DNA from: a virus
Lineage: Duplodnaviria > Heunggongvirae > Uroviricota > Caudoviricetes
Virus record (IMG/VR): IMGVR_UViG_3300049571_000258
Location: 6,186 to 70,185 of that record
Reading direction: 5' to 3' (one strand)
Length of the DNA: 64,000 nt
Below, one piece after another: positions 9,506 to 19,699 of the stretch (positions are counted from its first letter, which is position 1; every line of letters starts with the position of its first letter). The position numbers and the translations under genes were made by a program. The notes under the pieces are model-generated. The model saw nothing but the letters and a program-made list of their open reading frames with translations. It was not told where the DNA came from and made no database searches.

Positions 9506-9907
9506 ATGAGCATCATCCGCCCTGGCCAGGTCATCCGCGTCAAGAACACGGCGCAGTCCGCGGCCATCGAGCACAAGCTGATCGTCAAGGAGGACAACTT
9601 CGTCGGCCAGGCGATCAAGACGGCTGCGGCCGACCCCACCGAGGGCCTGGTCGACCCGCCGGTCATCAAGGACGACGAGGAGTACAACCTGGTCGTCGAG
9701 GGGGTCGTCATGGTCCCACACACCCGCACGAGCGCGCCGACGTTCGACATCTCGGCGGCGACGCGCGGCACGGCGATCTACATCACCTCCGCGAACGCGC
9801 TCTCGACGTCGTCGTCGGGCAACACGCTCGTGGGCAAGGTGACGGACGAGCCGGGTGACCGCGGGTGCCCGTCCACGCACATCCGCATCAAGCTGTCCAC
9901 CCCGTAG
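9506..9907 (+). CDS. Capsid decoration/cement protein (DUF2190-like)
   Basis: 133 aa beta-rich ORF between scaffold and MCP; 'VVEGVVMVP...GTAIYIT...LVGKV'. Confidence 0.65.
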   Translation: MSIIRPGQVIRVKNTAQSAAIEHKLIVKEDNFVGQAIKTAAADPTEGLVDPPVIKDDEEYNLVVEGVVMVPHTRTSAPTFDISAATRGTAIYITSANALSTSSSGNTLVGKVTDEPGDRGCPSTHIRIKLSTP

Positions 9908-9938
9908 TAGGCCACGGAACTCGAAAGGCACAAGGCCA

Positions 9939-10976
9939 ATGAACCCCTACGGTCAGTTCGGTGGTCCCAACAAGATCATCGAGGCATACATCGAGTACCG
10001 CGACAAGGTGCTCGATCTCCAGGAGGCGACGACGAAGGCGGACTTCCCGTCCTTCCTCTTCGGCCCTGTTCGCACCGCGCTGTGGCACGGCTACAGCCGG
10101 GTCTCCCCGATGTACCGCCGGTACGTGCGCGTCGAGAACGCGCCCGACTTCCGCGCGCGTCGTCTGAAGGGCCTGAACGGTCTCTACGGGATCGGGTACG
10201 TCGGTGACCACGGCGAGTACGGCGAGATGCGCCGCACCGAGCGTCCGGCCGCCAACCTGGTGATCGACACCTACGGCGGGGTCTACTCGATCACGCGCCA
10301 GGCGATCATCAACGACGACTCCGGCGAACTGCTGAACTCCAACCCGTCGCAGATGGGCTGGGCGGCAGGCCGCTTCGTCGCCGAGGCGGTCGTCTCGCAC
10401 ATCGAGTCCAACCCGACGGCTCCCGACGGTGACCCGATGTTCGACTCGGGCCGCGGCAACACGACGACCGACGCCCTGTCGGAGCAGTCGCTCGCGGAGG
10501 CGATCTCCTTCATGGAGGGCCTGCTCGACGACGACGGCAACCACATCGTGGTCACGCCGAAGCTCCTGTCGGTCAAGACCGCTCTGATGGAGTTGGTCGC
10601 GCGCCGCATCCTGACGTCGCAGACGGCGGGCACCGTCGTCAACGACACGGACACGAACACGTTCGACAAGGGCACGGTCAACCCGGTCGCCGGGATGCTG
10701 CCCCTGGACGGCGTGGTCCGCGACCCGTACTGGAGCGACGACAACAACTGGTACCTGTTCGCCGACCCGGCGGAGGTGCCCGGCTTCGCCGTCGGCTTCC
10801 TGAACGGCGAGGAGCGTCCGTTCATCGGCCTGAAGAACCCCGAGGTGCGCAACGCGCTCGGCGCGGGCGAGGATCCCTACTCGTTCGACTTCGACTCGGT
10901 CGACTTCAAGGTCCGCCTGGACTTCGGCGTCGCCCCGGTCGACCCCCGCGGCATCTACCGCGGCACCCCGGCGTAG
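9939..10976 (+). CDS. Major capsid protein (HK97 fold, Mu gpT-like)
   Basis: 'TYGGVYSITRQAIINDD', 'NNWYLFADP', 'DFKVRLDFGVAPVDPRGIY'. Confidence 0.92.
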   Translation: MNPYGQFGGPNKIIEAYIEYRDKVLDLQEATTKADFPSFLFGPVRTALWHGYSRVSPMYRRYVRVENAPDFRARRLKGLNGLYGIGYVGDHGEYGEMRRTERPAANLVIDTYGGVYSITRQAIINDDSGELLNSNPSQMGWAAGRFVAEAVVSHIESNPTAPDGDPMFDSGRGNTTTDALSEQSLAEAISFMEGLLDDDGNHIVVTPKLLSVKTALMELVARRILTSQTAGTVVNDTDTNTFDKGTVNPVAGMLPLDGVVRDPYWSDDNNWYLFADPAEVPGFAVGFLNGEERPFIGLKNPEVRNALGAGEDPYSFDFDSVDFKVRLDFGVAPVDPRGIYRGTPA

Positions 10977-11001
10977 TACATCTTCCTCTGGCGAGGATCC
11001 C

Positions 11002-11028
11002 CGAAGGGCCGCCCTGTGCGGCCCTTCG
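11002..11028 (+). terminator. Intrinsic terminator hairpin after MCP
   Basis: cgaagggccgc-cctgt-gcggcccttcg perfect 11-bp stem. Confidence 0.75.
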
Positions 11029-11082
11029 TCGTTCTGTGGTGTGCGCACGTCGTGAGCCGGGTATAGGCTGTGCGTCGATGTC

Positions 11083-11613
11083 TTGCACAACCATCTACGT
11101 GAGGTGAGAGCCATTCCCCGAGGCAACGACTCCCACGCCGCCCTCGTCGACTTGCGCGGCGAGTACGGTCAGTGGGGCGGCAACGCGGAGGAGATCATCG
11201 CCTCCCAGAAGGCGGCGATGTCGGCCGAGCTTCGCGCCGCCAACAAGATCCAGCCCGACAAGGAGAAGACCGAGGCGCTGCTGGCGGCCGACGGTCTGGA
11301 GCAGGCGGCCGACCTGATCGACGGCCCGGCGCTGGCGCTGGCGGTCCGCGGGAAGTACGTCGTCGTCGTCACGGAGTCCGACAAGGGCCGCCACTTCAAG
11401 GTGGTGCGCATGCTGTCGGAGTTCACGACCGGCGAGGCCCGCGAGGAGGATCCGGCGGAGGCCGAGAAGCTGGCCGCCGAGCGTGAGCGCCTGGAGGACG
11501 GCGCGGACCTGGCACGCGCACAGCGCGAGGCCGAGAACAAGCTCGAAGAGGTCCGCTCGAAGTCGGCACAGCGCAAGACGGCACAGGGCCGTCGGCGCAC
11601 CACGAGCAAGTAG
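11083..11613 (+). CDS. Hypothetical protein (possibly head-associated)
   Basis: 176 aa ORF with phage-like codon usage; start uncertain. Confidence 0.6.
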   Translation: MHNHLREVRAIPRGNDSHAALVDLRGEYGQWGGNAEEIIASQKAAMSAELRAANKIQPDKEKTEALLAADGLEQAADLIDGPALALAVRGKYVVVVTESDKGRHFKVVRMLSEFTTGEAREEDPAEAEKLAAERERLEDGADLARAQREAENKLEEVRSKSAQRKTAQGRRRTTSK

Positions 11614-11771
11614 GGCTGGAGCGAGCGGCAGCCGCCGCCATCCCCCCGCGACGGGCCGCCTAGCGCGGCTCGTTGTCGTTCAGGGGGCGCCACTGGACGC
11701 CGAAGGCGCGCCACCATGGCCCACTGTAGGGGAGGTCGGCGCGATGCGTGCGCAGGCAGATCCCCCGGTGC

Positions 11772-14252
11772 TCATCGGCCGTTGCACCACCACACGTAGT
11801 AGTCGCGCTCGGTGATCTCGCCGAGCCGGAGGCGTTCGGCCTGCTCCAGGATGCGCTGCATGAGGGTCATACGGCCATCTCCACGAACGCAGCTTCCAGA
11901 TGGGCGCGCACGAACGCGTAGATCTCGTCGCGGTACTGCTGCTGGAGCGGCCGGTTGAACCGGTCGACGATCTCCAGCTGCTGGCCCATCGTTCCCGAGG
12001 CGACCTTCGCGACGACGTCGTCGGTGATGAGGTGCGGGATCGCCACGCGCAGGATCTGAGCGTAGTAGCAGTCGGTGTGGGTGCACGTGTCCGGCCCGTT
12101 CGGGGGCGGGTACAGGCAGTAGATCGTCTTGTCGGACTGGCGGATCGCTGCGTCGATGGCGTCTTGGGGGATCATGGGCTTCAGGCCTCCAGTCCTAGCT
12201 TGCGCATGATCGAGCGGCGGTCGCCGACCATGCCATTCAGGCGGTTGACGAAGGTGTCGTGCGCCGGATCGCCCGGCGCGCCCTTCGCTCGCGCGATGCT
12301 GCGCTCCTTCTCGCGTATGTCGCGCATGATGACCGAGCGCAGCACGTCTCGCTCACGTGGCGTGAGGTCGATCTTCACTTCTGCTCCTCTCGGGACAGAC
12401 GCCACCACGCGACGTTGCGCGCCGTGCCGTCGTCGAACCTGACGTAGGTGCCACGTGCGGTGATGCGCGCGACCTCTCCGTGCTTCAGGGTCCGACACCC
12501 GCAGTCGTGCTCGAAGAGGGCCGTCACTCGGGTGCCGGGCGGATAGGGGGACCTAGGCACTGCGCAGCGCCTCCAGCATCCGCTCCTTCTCCTCGTCGAT
12601 CTTCTTCTGGTCGATCTCGAAGTAGTCCGCGAGGATCGCCCGGATCGACTTCGACGTTGGGTAGAAGCGCGTGTCGGTGTACGACTCGTCATCGACCTCG
12701 CACAGCACTAGGCTCTGCTTCGCGAGGCCGAAGTCCAGGAACTCGCCGATCTTCTGCGACAGGTCCGCGACCTTGCACAGCTTCTCGTGCTCGGGGTATT
12801 CGCTCATGCTTGCTCCTTCCTCTCGTTGTAGCTGACGATCATCCGCTGGAGGACTTCCTTGCGCGTGTCGCAGCGCCATGTGGGTCGGCCGGGCCGACCG
12901 TCCTTGTAGCCGTGCCACTCGGACATCTTCTTGTGGTACTTCACGATCTGGCTGCCCTTGTGGACGGGGGGCGAGTAGTAGCTGTGCCCCTTCGCCACCC
13001 GGCCGATCGGGACGCCGTGCAGGAACACCCGGCCGTCACCGTCGATGTCGACCGTGGTGTCCTCCGCGAGCCTGCCGCCATGGGGGACGTGGACGGGGGT
13101 CATGCGTGGTGCTCCTGCGTCGCGTTGTAGGCGTTGATGAGCCCTTGGCCTGGCGCATAGACCTTGGTGTCTCCGGCGGCTGCGACGGCATCGTGCAGGT
13201 GGTACCAATCCACCCACTCAACCTCGATCACGGTCCCATCGGGCAGCGGGCCGACCGTGTCGCCCTGCTCGGGCATACCCCAAACCCGTGAGAAGTCCCA
13301 ACCGCCGTCGCGTGCACGGGGGTCCATGTCGCGACCAGTGGTAATGACGACGGCTGCTGCTTCCTGCGCCTCGTCCAGCGTGGCGACGGCCCAACGGGTC
13401 GTGGACTCGTCCCACGAGGCGGACCCGGGTCGGGTAGTCGTGATGATGTAGGGCATCAGGCCTCGACCTTCGCGTGGACTGCGTACTCCCGCCCGACCCT
13501 GATGCGCTCTGTCTCAGCCATGGCCTACGCCTCCTCCCCGCGAAGCCCGCCAAGCGTGTCGCTGAGGCTGAAGCTCTGGTCAGCCGCGGCGGCCTCGAAC
13601 TTGTCCAGCAGGGCCTCGATGTTCGCCACGGTGTCCCAGCGCGAGGGACCGGTGAAGCGCGCTGTCAGGCGCGTGCCCTCGTTGGTCGTCCCGACCTCGA
13701 AGAAGTCCGCCAGCCCGGCCGCCTCCAGGCGGGCCTTCAGCTGGCCCCGCTTCTCGGCAGTCTCGACTCGCTGCTGCTCGCGGCGCTGCTCGGCAGCCTT
13801 GCGACGCTCGGCGGCAGCGACACACGCCTGCTCGTAGTCGGCGTAAGCGGCGAGGACGCGACGGGTCGGCACGGTGCGTCGCTCGACGCCGGTCTCCAGG
13901 TTGTCGAACTCGACGATGATGACGCGGTTCTTCTCGTCGTAGTACCCGTTGGGCAGGGGCCGGTCCAGCACCTCGACGACCTTCGCGCGCGCGATCTCGC
14001 CGGTGACCATCCGCGGCGCGGCGTTCAGCAGCTTCAGCGGCTCGTAGTGATGGATGCCGCCGTCTTGGGTCATGCGCGGGCCGACGTGGACTGCGTACTC
14101 CTCCCCGACCTTGATGTCTGCCTTCTTCACGAGTTCTCCTTTGTGTAGGCGATCGCCTCGAACGGGTCGCCGGTGAAGACGGTCCGCTCCGCGCCATACC
14201 ACTGCGCGGTGACCCTCCACTCGTGCGTCCCGGGGATCGCTGTGATCTTCAT
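11772..14252 (-). other. Reverse-strand block of about 9 small hypothetical genes: 14127-14252, 13525-14130, 13456-13521, 13100-13456, 12804-13103, 12553-12807, 12375-12560, 12181-12378, 11867-12175, 11772-11870
   Basis: Overlapping start/stop junctions and RBSs; consensus promoter at 14259-14287. Confidence 0.75.
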
Positions 14253-14258
14253 GAGAGA

Positions 14259-14287
14259 ACTATAGCTAACATCGTGTGCTTTGTCAA
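14259..14287 (-). promoter_or_regulatory. Sigma70-type promoter TTGACA-17-TATAGT with an operator in the spacer; leaderless ATG at 14252
   Basis: Reverse complement reads TTGACA aagcacacgatgttagc TATAGT. Confidence 0.85.
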
Positions 14288-14355
14288 GCGCATGCTGTGA
14301 GCTACGTCCACTCTAGCCATGTGCGCACAGGACTGGGCGAGCGTACCCTTCGGCC

Positions 14356-14895
14356 ATGCCCACACCGACCGCAGCCACCGTTCGCGCCCGGTCCAAGGTC
14401 GACCTGGACCTCCTCGGCTACGCCGACGACGACGAGCTACAGATCCTCGTGGACGAGGCGATCGCGCTCGTGCAGCGCTGGACCGGTCAGCGATGGGGCG
14501 ACGACGGCACCTACTCCAACCGCGCGCCCGCATCCGGCACCGAGCCGCTGGCGGCGAAGGCTGTGCTGCGCCTGGTCGAGTTCGAGGCCTACCGCTCCTC
14601 GGAGGATGTGCAGGAGACGCTGTCGGACTTCGACCTGATCTCGTCGTTCTCGGCCGGTGACTACAGCGAGACCCGGCGCTCGGGCAAGGACGCGCAAGAG
14701 GCGCGCATGGCCGTGCTCAAGGGGCTGCTGTGGCCGCTGATGGACTACGACCACCAGGATGACTGGGTGCAGCTGGAGGGTGGCCCGAACGCACCCGCCT
14801 TCGGCGTCACAGAGGTCGACTGGGGCGCCCGCACGTGGGACACCTTCGGCTACGGTGGGACTCCCGAGGGTGACCCCTGGCCACTGTCGCAGTGA
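14356..14895 (+). CDS. Head-to-tail adaptor
   Basis: First gene of the neck cluster; 'LVDEAIALVQRWTGQ', 'ISSFSAGDYSET' typical of gp15/gp6-like adaptors. Confidence 0.7.
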   Translation: MPTPTAATVRARSKVDLDLLGYADDDELQILVDEAIALVQRWTGQRWGDDGTYSNRAPASGTEPLAAKAVLRLVEFEAYRSSEDVQETLSDFDLISSFSAGDYSETRRSGKDAQEARMAVLKGLLWPLMDYDHQDDWVQLEGGPNAPAFGVTEVDWGARTWDTFGYGGTPEGDPWPLSQ

Positions 14896-14903
14896 GGTGA
14901 GCG

Positions 14904-15323
14904 ATGGGACTGAACGTCGCCCTGAAGGACCGCGCCCGCGCGGTGGTCGCGGAGCCGTCGCCGACGAAGGTGGCGGGCGAGACGATCTTCGCCGACGACA
15001 TCCGCCTGCCGTGGTTCCGCTGCCGCATCTCCTCCGACGAGGAGCGCAAGGGGCGCAACGGGGCACAGGTCGAGCGAGCGACTGGCCGACACACGCTCAT
15101 GTTCGGCAAGCGCGACTCCGAGGGCACCTCGCTCACCAACGACGACGGCGGCTGCGTGCTGCGGGCACAGGATCGCGTTGAGGTCGAGTCGAACTCGTAC
15201 GGCACGCACATCTACCAGCTGGACTCCACCCCGAAGCCGATCCGCAAGAAGAAGACGATCCTGGGCTGGACGGTGTCCATCACCCGGGTCGACTCCCTGC
15301 CGTTCGAGAGGAAGTGGCCGTGA
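14904..15323 (+). CDS. Head closure/stopper protein
   Basis: Position after the adaptor; beta-rich 'DRVEVES...IYQLDSTPKP'. Confidence 0.6.
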   Translation: MGLNVALKDRARAVVAEPSPTKVAGETIFADDIRLPWFRCRISSDEERKGRNGAQVERATGRHTLMFGKRDSEGTSLTNDDGGCVLRAQDRVEVESNSYGTHIYQLDSTPKPIRKKKTILGWTVSITRVDSLPFERKWP

Positions 15324-15525
15324 TGACCTCCAAGCACATCAAGGACAAGGCGCGCGACATCTGTGCGGCGCGCAACGGCTCGCCGTGCCGTCGGGCGTGC
15401 GCGGACTGCAAGGCGGACGCGAAGATGGTGCTCGCCGTGCGCGACGGTCGCAAGGTACACCCGACCCGCGAGGAAGCGATGCGCTCGTCGGCGACAGCGA
15501 TGCGTCTGGCTGGGGGTGGGCGCTA

Positions 15526-16149
15526 GTGCCCTACGAGGGTGGGTCCCTGTCGAACATGGTCTCGGCTGTGCGCAAGCCGACCGAGCGTGCGTGCGCGCGC
15601 ATGGCCGAGGACGGCTCGAAGCACTGGCTGCGTGTGACGAAGGCCAACACGCCGGTCCAGGACCACCTCAAGCAGATCGCGACCTACCACAACGGCCACT
15701 ACACGCGCATCGAGGACCCCGGCCACCTGCGCGACTCGATCGACCTGCGCGAGCTTCGCGTCTACTACTCGGTGCCGCACGCCGGGATGATCTACGAGCA
15801 GGGCGTCGACACGAATGTCAGCTACGCGCCCTACGTCGAGGAGGGCACGGGTCTGTGGGGTCCGCTGCACGCGAAGTACCGCATCCGGCCGCGCAACCCG
15901 GCGGGGTGGCTATCGTGGATCACGCGCAAGCCGGTGCGCCTGAAGTCGGGTAGGCTCGTCCCGGCCGGGACGCGCATGTTCGCCAAGGAGGTGCTGCACC
16001 CCGGGTCGCCCGGCCAGCACATGTTCGCGATCGGCGCGGCGATGACAGAGGCCGCCTTCCACGAGTTCACGCGCGGCGGCCTGACGGATTGGAAGCGCGA
16101 CTCCGAGCGCGAGATGCACGAGGCCGCGAAGGTGCCGCTCGATGTCTAG
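15526..16149 (+). CDS. HK97 gp10-like neck/tail component
   Basis: 'TPV...GHLRDSI...TNVSYAPYVEEGTG...HPGSPGQHMF'. Confidence 0.75.
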   Translation: MPYEGGSLSNMVSAVRKPTERACARMAEDGSKHWLRVTKANTPVQDHLKQIATYHNGHYTRIEDPGHLRDSIDLRELRVYYSVPHAGMIYEQGVDTNVSYAPYVEEGTGLWGPLHAKYRIRPRNPAGWLSWITRKPVRLKSGRLVPAGTRMFAKEVLHPGSPGQHMFAIGAAMTEAAFHEFTRGGLTDWKRDSEREMHEAAKVPLDV

Positions 16150-17014
16150 GTCTGCGCTCGACGTCCTGCGCTCCGTGCGCCGCTACATGGCCGACTCGCT
16201 GGGGTCGGAGTGGGAGGTCCGCCTGGAGTCCGAGGCGGGCAACGTCAACTTCCCCTTCTGCGAGGTCGTGCGCGCGGCGCCGACGACGATCGGCGGGTCT
16301 GCGCACCTCGTGGAGAACTCGCTCATCCTGAGCATCCGCTGCATCAAGGGCGTCGACTTCGACACGGTGAAGGCGGCACGCTTCGCTGCCTACGAGGTCG
16401 AGGAGCAGCTGTGGCAGATCTTCCGCCGCGGCGGCGGACGCCTGACCCCCCCGGCGTCCGTGTCGGCTACCGACGCCGGGGCGGGTGGCCTGGCGGCTGG
16501 CACCTACAGCTACGTCGTGACGACGCGCGCGCGCTCGGGTGAGACGACGGCCAGCGCCGCGGCGGAGATCACGGTGGATGCCGACTCGGCCGTGAACCTG
16601 GCCTGGCCGATGATCGGCGGCGCGACGGGGTACCGCGTGTACCGCGACGGCTACCTGATCGCCAACGTCCGCGGTGCGACGACGGTCACCTTCCGTGACG
16701 TCGGGGTCACCGCGAACACGAACACCTCGCCGCCGGAGGCGAACACGACGGTCTCCGGCGCGCCGATGCGCATCCCGCTCTACGACTTCACCGGCGTCGG
16801 CCCGGCGCAGGACGTCACAGACTCCGGCAACCGGCCGCGGCCCGACTTCCTGAGGGTGAGCGCGCTGTCGATCAATCCCCTGCCAGACCCCGATGACGAG
16901 CGCGTGATCTCGGTGGTCACGTCGTGCACTGTGCAGTGGAACCGCGACGGCCTGATGCCGTCTCTAGATGGGGCGATCGCGACCTCCGTCGACATCACGG
17001 TCACAGGCTCCTAG
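16142..17014 (+). CDS. Tail terminator-like protein with inserted FN3/Ig-like domain
   Basis: Position before the sheath; internal 'GTYSYVVT...GETTAS...VNLAW..IGGATGYRVYR' module. Confidence 0.6.
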   Translation: MSRSALDVLRSVRRYMADSLGSEWEVRLESEAGNVNFPFCEVVRAAPTTIGGSAHLVENSLILSIRCIKGVDFDTVKAARFAAYEVEEQLWQIFRRGGGRLTPPASVSATDAGAGGLAAGTYSYVVTTRARSGETTASAAAEITVDADSAVNLAWPMIGGATGYRVYRDGYLIANVRGATTVTFRDVGVTANTNTSPPEANTTVSGAPMRIPLYDFTGVGPAQDVTDSGNRPRPDFLRVSALSINPLPDPDDERVISVVTSCTVQWNRDGLMPSLDGAIATSVDITVTGS

Positions 17015-17104
17015 CTGCGATGTGATGGGCCACCGTAGGTGGCTTACCCTTGCGCACAGCGAGGACCCGACGGGTCCGCTTGGCAAGGCACAAGGAGCAC
17101 CGGA

Positions 17105-17329
17105 ATGGCCGAGAACGTGACACAGCAGCAGCCGAAGGCCGTGAAGGTGCCTTCGCCGCGGCTGTACTCGCACGAGCGCCTGGTCGCCGAGTCGGAGGCG
17201 TTCCTCGGCGTTCCGAAGCACGTCGTTGCTGGCGCCCTCGTGGGCACCGGCGCAAAGGACCCCCTGTCGCTCGACGATGCGAAGAAGGCCGTCGCGAACT
17301 TCGGGCGCAGCGAGCAGAAGGTCGACTAG
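17105..17329 (+). CDS. YqzN/YkzM-like small protein preceding the sheath
   Basis: 'AFLGVPKHVVAGAL' motif; same position as in PBSX-like tails. Confidence 0.6.
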   Translation: MAENVTQQQPKAVKVPSPRLYSHERLVAESEAFLGVPKHVVAGALVGTGAKDPLSLDDAKKAVANFGRSEQKVD

Positions 17330-17339
17330 GGAGCGCTAG

Positions 17340-18836
17340 ATGTCGGGGACGAACTTCTCCAAGGCGAACCGGCCGATCCTGCCGGGCGGCTACTTCAACT
17401 TCGAGGCCATCCAGGCCGAGACGGTTCCCCCCGCGCTCGGCTCGACGGTCTGTGTGGTCTTCACCCATGACTGGGGTCCGTTCGAGACGCCGGTCTACGT
17501 GGACTCGATGGCGGAGTTCAACGCCATCTACGGCAAGTCCGCCACCGGTGGTCGCATCTCGGTCGAGGGCGCCTTCAGGGGCGAGGGCACACAGGGCCGT
17601 GGCGGCGCGGGTACGGTCCTGTGCTATCGCCACGGCGGCTCGGCGGCGGCCAAGGCGACCAAGACCCTGAGCAACGTGGACGAGACGCCGGAGACGGCGA
17701 TCGTCCTGACGGCGCGCTACGAGGGGTCCTACGGCAACAACCTCAAGGTGTCGGTCACCGACACCGCGGGCGACGCGAACTACAACGACCTGATCCTCTA
17801 CATCGGGACGCTGGAGGTCGAGCGCTACACGCACCTCAACGCCGACATCCCCGGCCTCATCGCCGCGATCAACGCGGAGTCCAACTACGTTACGGCAGCG
17901 GCCGGTGCCGCGACCGACGTCGCTCTGTGGGCGTCGGACGCGACCGACAACGAGACCGCGGTGGCGTTCACGGGCGGCAACGACGGCTCGACCCTGGCGG
18001 CCAACGACTACACGGCGGCGATGGCTGCGGTGGAGGTCGAGCGCTTCTCGGTGCTGGCCTTCGAGAACATCACCCCCAACGGCGACTCGACCGACAACGG
18101 CATCTTGACGTCGCTCGTCTCGTGGGCCGATGCGCTCAACGATGCGGGCAAGCGGTTCATCACCGTCGTCGGTGGGCAGGCGGCCGACTCGGTCTCGACG
18201 GCGAACACGCGCTCGGCGCTGATCTCCTCGGAGAACTTCATCAACCTGGGCGTCGGCACCTACGACGACGAGGTCTACGGCACGCTGACGACGTCGAAGC
18301 TGGCCGGTCGGGTTGCGGGCATCGTCGCGCAGCGCGGCGAGTCGGACTCGCTGACGTATGCGCGCCTGGCGGGCCTGACGATCATCTCCGGCCCGACCGA
18401 GTCGCAGAAGCTGTCGGCCTTCCAGAACGGCACGCTGGTCATCGGTCGCGACTCCGACGCGCGGGCGCCGGTGCGCCTGGAGCGCGGCGTCACGACGTAC
18501 ACGACGACGACCGACGACAACAAGCCGTACCTGATCTTCCGCAACCCGAAGTTCATCCGGACGATGCAGGGGATCCAGATGGAACTGACCGAGTGGGTCG
18601 AGTCGAACATCATCGGCAAGGTCCCGGTCAACGACAAGACGCGCGCCGCTGTGCGGGCCGAGATTATCTCGCGCCTGAACCAGCGTGTGGACGCTGGGGC
18701 AATCCAGCCGAACCCCACCGTCACCGTGGACACCGACCCGCCTCCGAGCGACGACGACGAGTTCCTGGCCTTCGTGGTCGGGGTCCGTTGGGGCCGCTCG
18801 GCCGAGCAGGTCTTCTTCACGATCCGCAACGGCTAG
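17340..18836 (+). CDS. Tail sheath protein (XkdK-like)
   Basis: 'RPILPGGYFNF', 'LTARYEGSYGN', 'FTGGNDG', 498 aa. Confidence 0.92.
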   Translation: MSGTNFSKANRPILPGGYFNFEAIQAETVPPALGSTVCVVFTHDWGPFETPVYVDSMAEFNAIYGKSATGGRISVEGAFRGEGTQGRGGAGTVLCYRHGGSAAAKATKTLSNVDETPETAIVLTARYEGSYGNNLKVSVTDTAGDANYNDLILYIGTLEVERYTHLNADIPGLIAAINAESNYVTAAAGAATDVALWASDATDNETAVAFTGGNDGSTLAANDYTAAMAAVEVERFSVLAFENITPNGDSTDNGILTSLVSWADALNDAGKRFITVVGGQAADSVSTANTRSALISSENFINLGVGTYDDEVYGTLTTSKLAGRVAGIVAQRGESDSLTYARLAGLTIISGPTESQKLSAFQNGTLVIGRDSDARAPVRLERGVTTYTTTTDDNKPYLIFRNPKFIRTMQGIQMELTEWVESNIIGKVPVNDKTRAAVRAEIISRLNQRVDAGAIQPNPTVTVDTDPPPSDDDEFLAFVVGVRWGRSAEQVFFTIRNG

Positions 18837-18870
18837 CCCCGTCGAGTCACGCTACTAGGAGCACACGCAC

Positions 18871-19428
18871 ATGGCGAACGACACGAACCCCGGGCTGTAC
18901 CGCTTCAGCGGCATGTACGGCGCTGCGTACGACGCAAGCGGCGTGCTGCTGTCGGAGGTCGTGGAGGTCTCGGGCACCGTCACACGCAACCGCATCGACA
19001 TGCCGATCGTCGGCTCGACGCGCACCGGCTACAAGCTGGGCCGCGAGACCCGCGAGGGCACCATCCGCCTCCAGAAGGTCGACTCCAAGTGGGAGTACAA
19101 CGCCTGGACGCAGATGTCGCAGTCGCTGGAGGATCGCCGCGCCGCGCGCGATCGCGGCGACGCGTCTCTGGCGCTCCAGCCGTTCACGCTCATCCTGGAG
19201 TACGACGACCCCGACGCCGTCGGCATCGAGGCCTGGCGGCTGGAGGGCTGCATCGCGTCGTGGGCGATGCCGATCGGCTTCTCGATCACCGACGACATCG
19301 TCGAACGCGATTTCCCGCTGACGTGGGAGCGCGAGGCCCCGATCTACGCCTTCCAGGCGCAGCGGACGACCGTCGGCAACACGACGGTCCTGACGCCCAG
19401 CTGGTACAGCGGCGCGTCGCCCGCCTAG
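18871..19428 (+). CDS. Tail tube protein (XkdM-like)
   Basis: Follows the sheath; 'EGTIRLQKVDS...FTLILEYDDPDA'. Confidence 0.88.
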   Translation: MANDTNPGLYRFSGMYGAAYDASGVLLSEVVEVSGTVTRNRIDMPIVGSTRTGYKLGRETREGTIRLQKVDSKWEYNAWTQMSQSLEDRRAARDRGDASLALQPFTLILEYDDPDAVGIEAWRLEGCIASWAMPIGFSITDDIVERDFPLTWEREAPIYAFQAQRTTVGNTTVLTPSWYSGASPA

Positions 19429-19448
19429 TCCAAGGGAGGTCGGTCGAG

Positions 19449-19643
19449 ATGGCCGAGATCGACTACACGGCCGCCTGGCTCGCCTTGCAGGCCAACATCG
19501 TCACGGGTCAGAGGTCGCGGGGACGTAACGAACTCCTCGCGACCATGGCCGAGATCGAGGTCGGGAACCTGCTCCCGGCCTCACAGCGGGGCTTTGACGA
19601 CTCCCCGCTACCGCAGAGGACCCCTACCGCGCGCACCGCGTAG
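19449..19643 (+). CDS. Small hypothetical protein between tube and chaperone
   Basis: GGGAGG RBS upstream of the ATG; 64 aa. Confidence 0.45.
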   Translation: MAEIDYTAAWLALQANIVTGQRSRGRNELLATMAEIEVGNLLPASQRGFDDSPLPQRTPTARTA

Positions 19644-19699
19644 CCGTGCGCCGGGCATGTCCGACTCCCCATCAACCACCAGCCGCCTAGGAGGCCGCC

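Noticed and set aside
11660-11772. Possible frameshifted continuation of the 11772-11870 minus ORF (…ICLRTHRADLPYSGPWWRAFG…)
   Set aside because: No start codon or slippery site; could be a pseudogene remnant or a sequencing error and cannot be supported.
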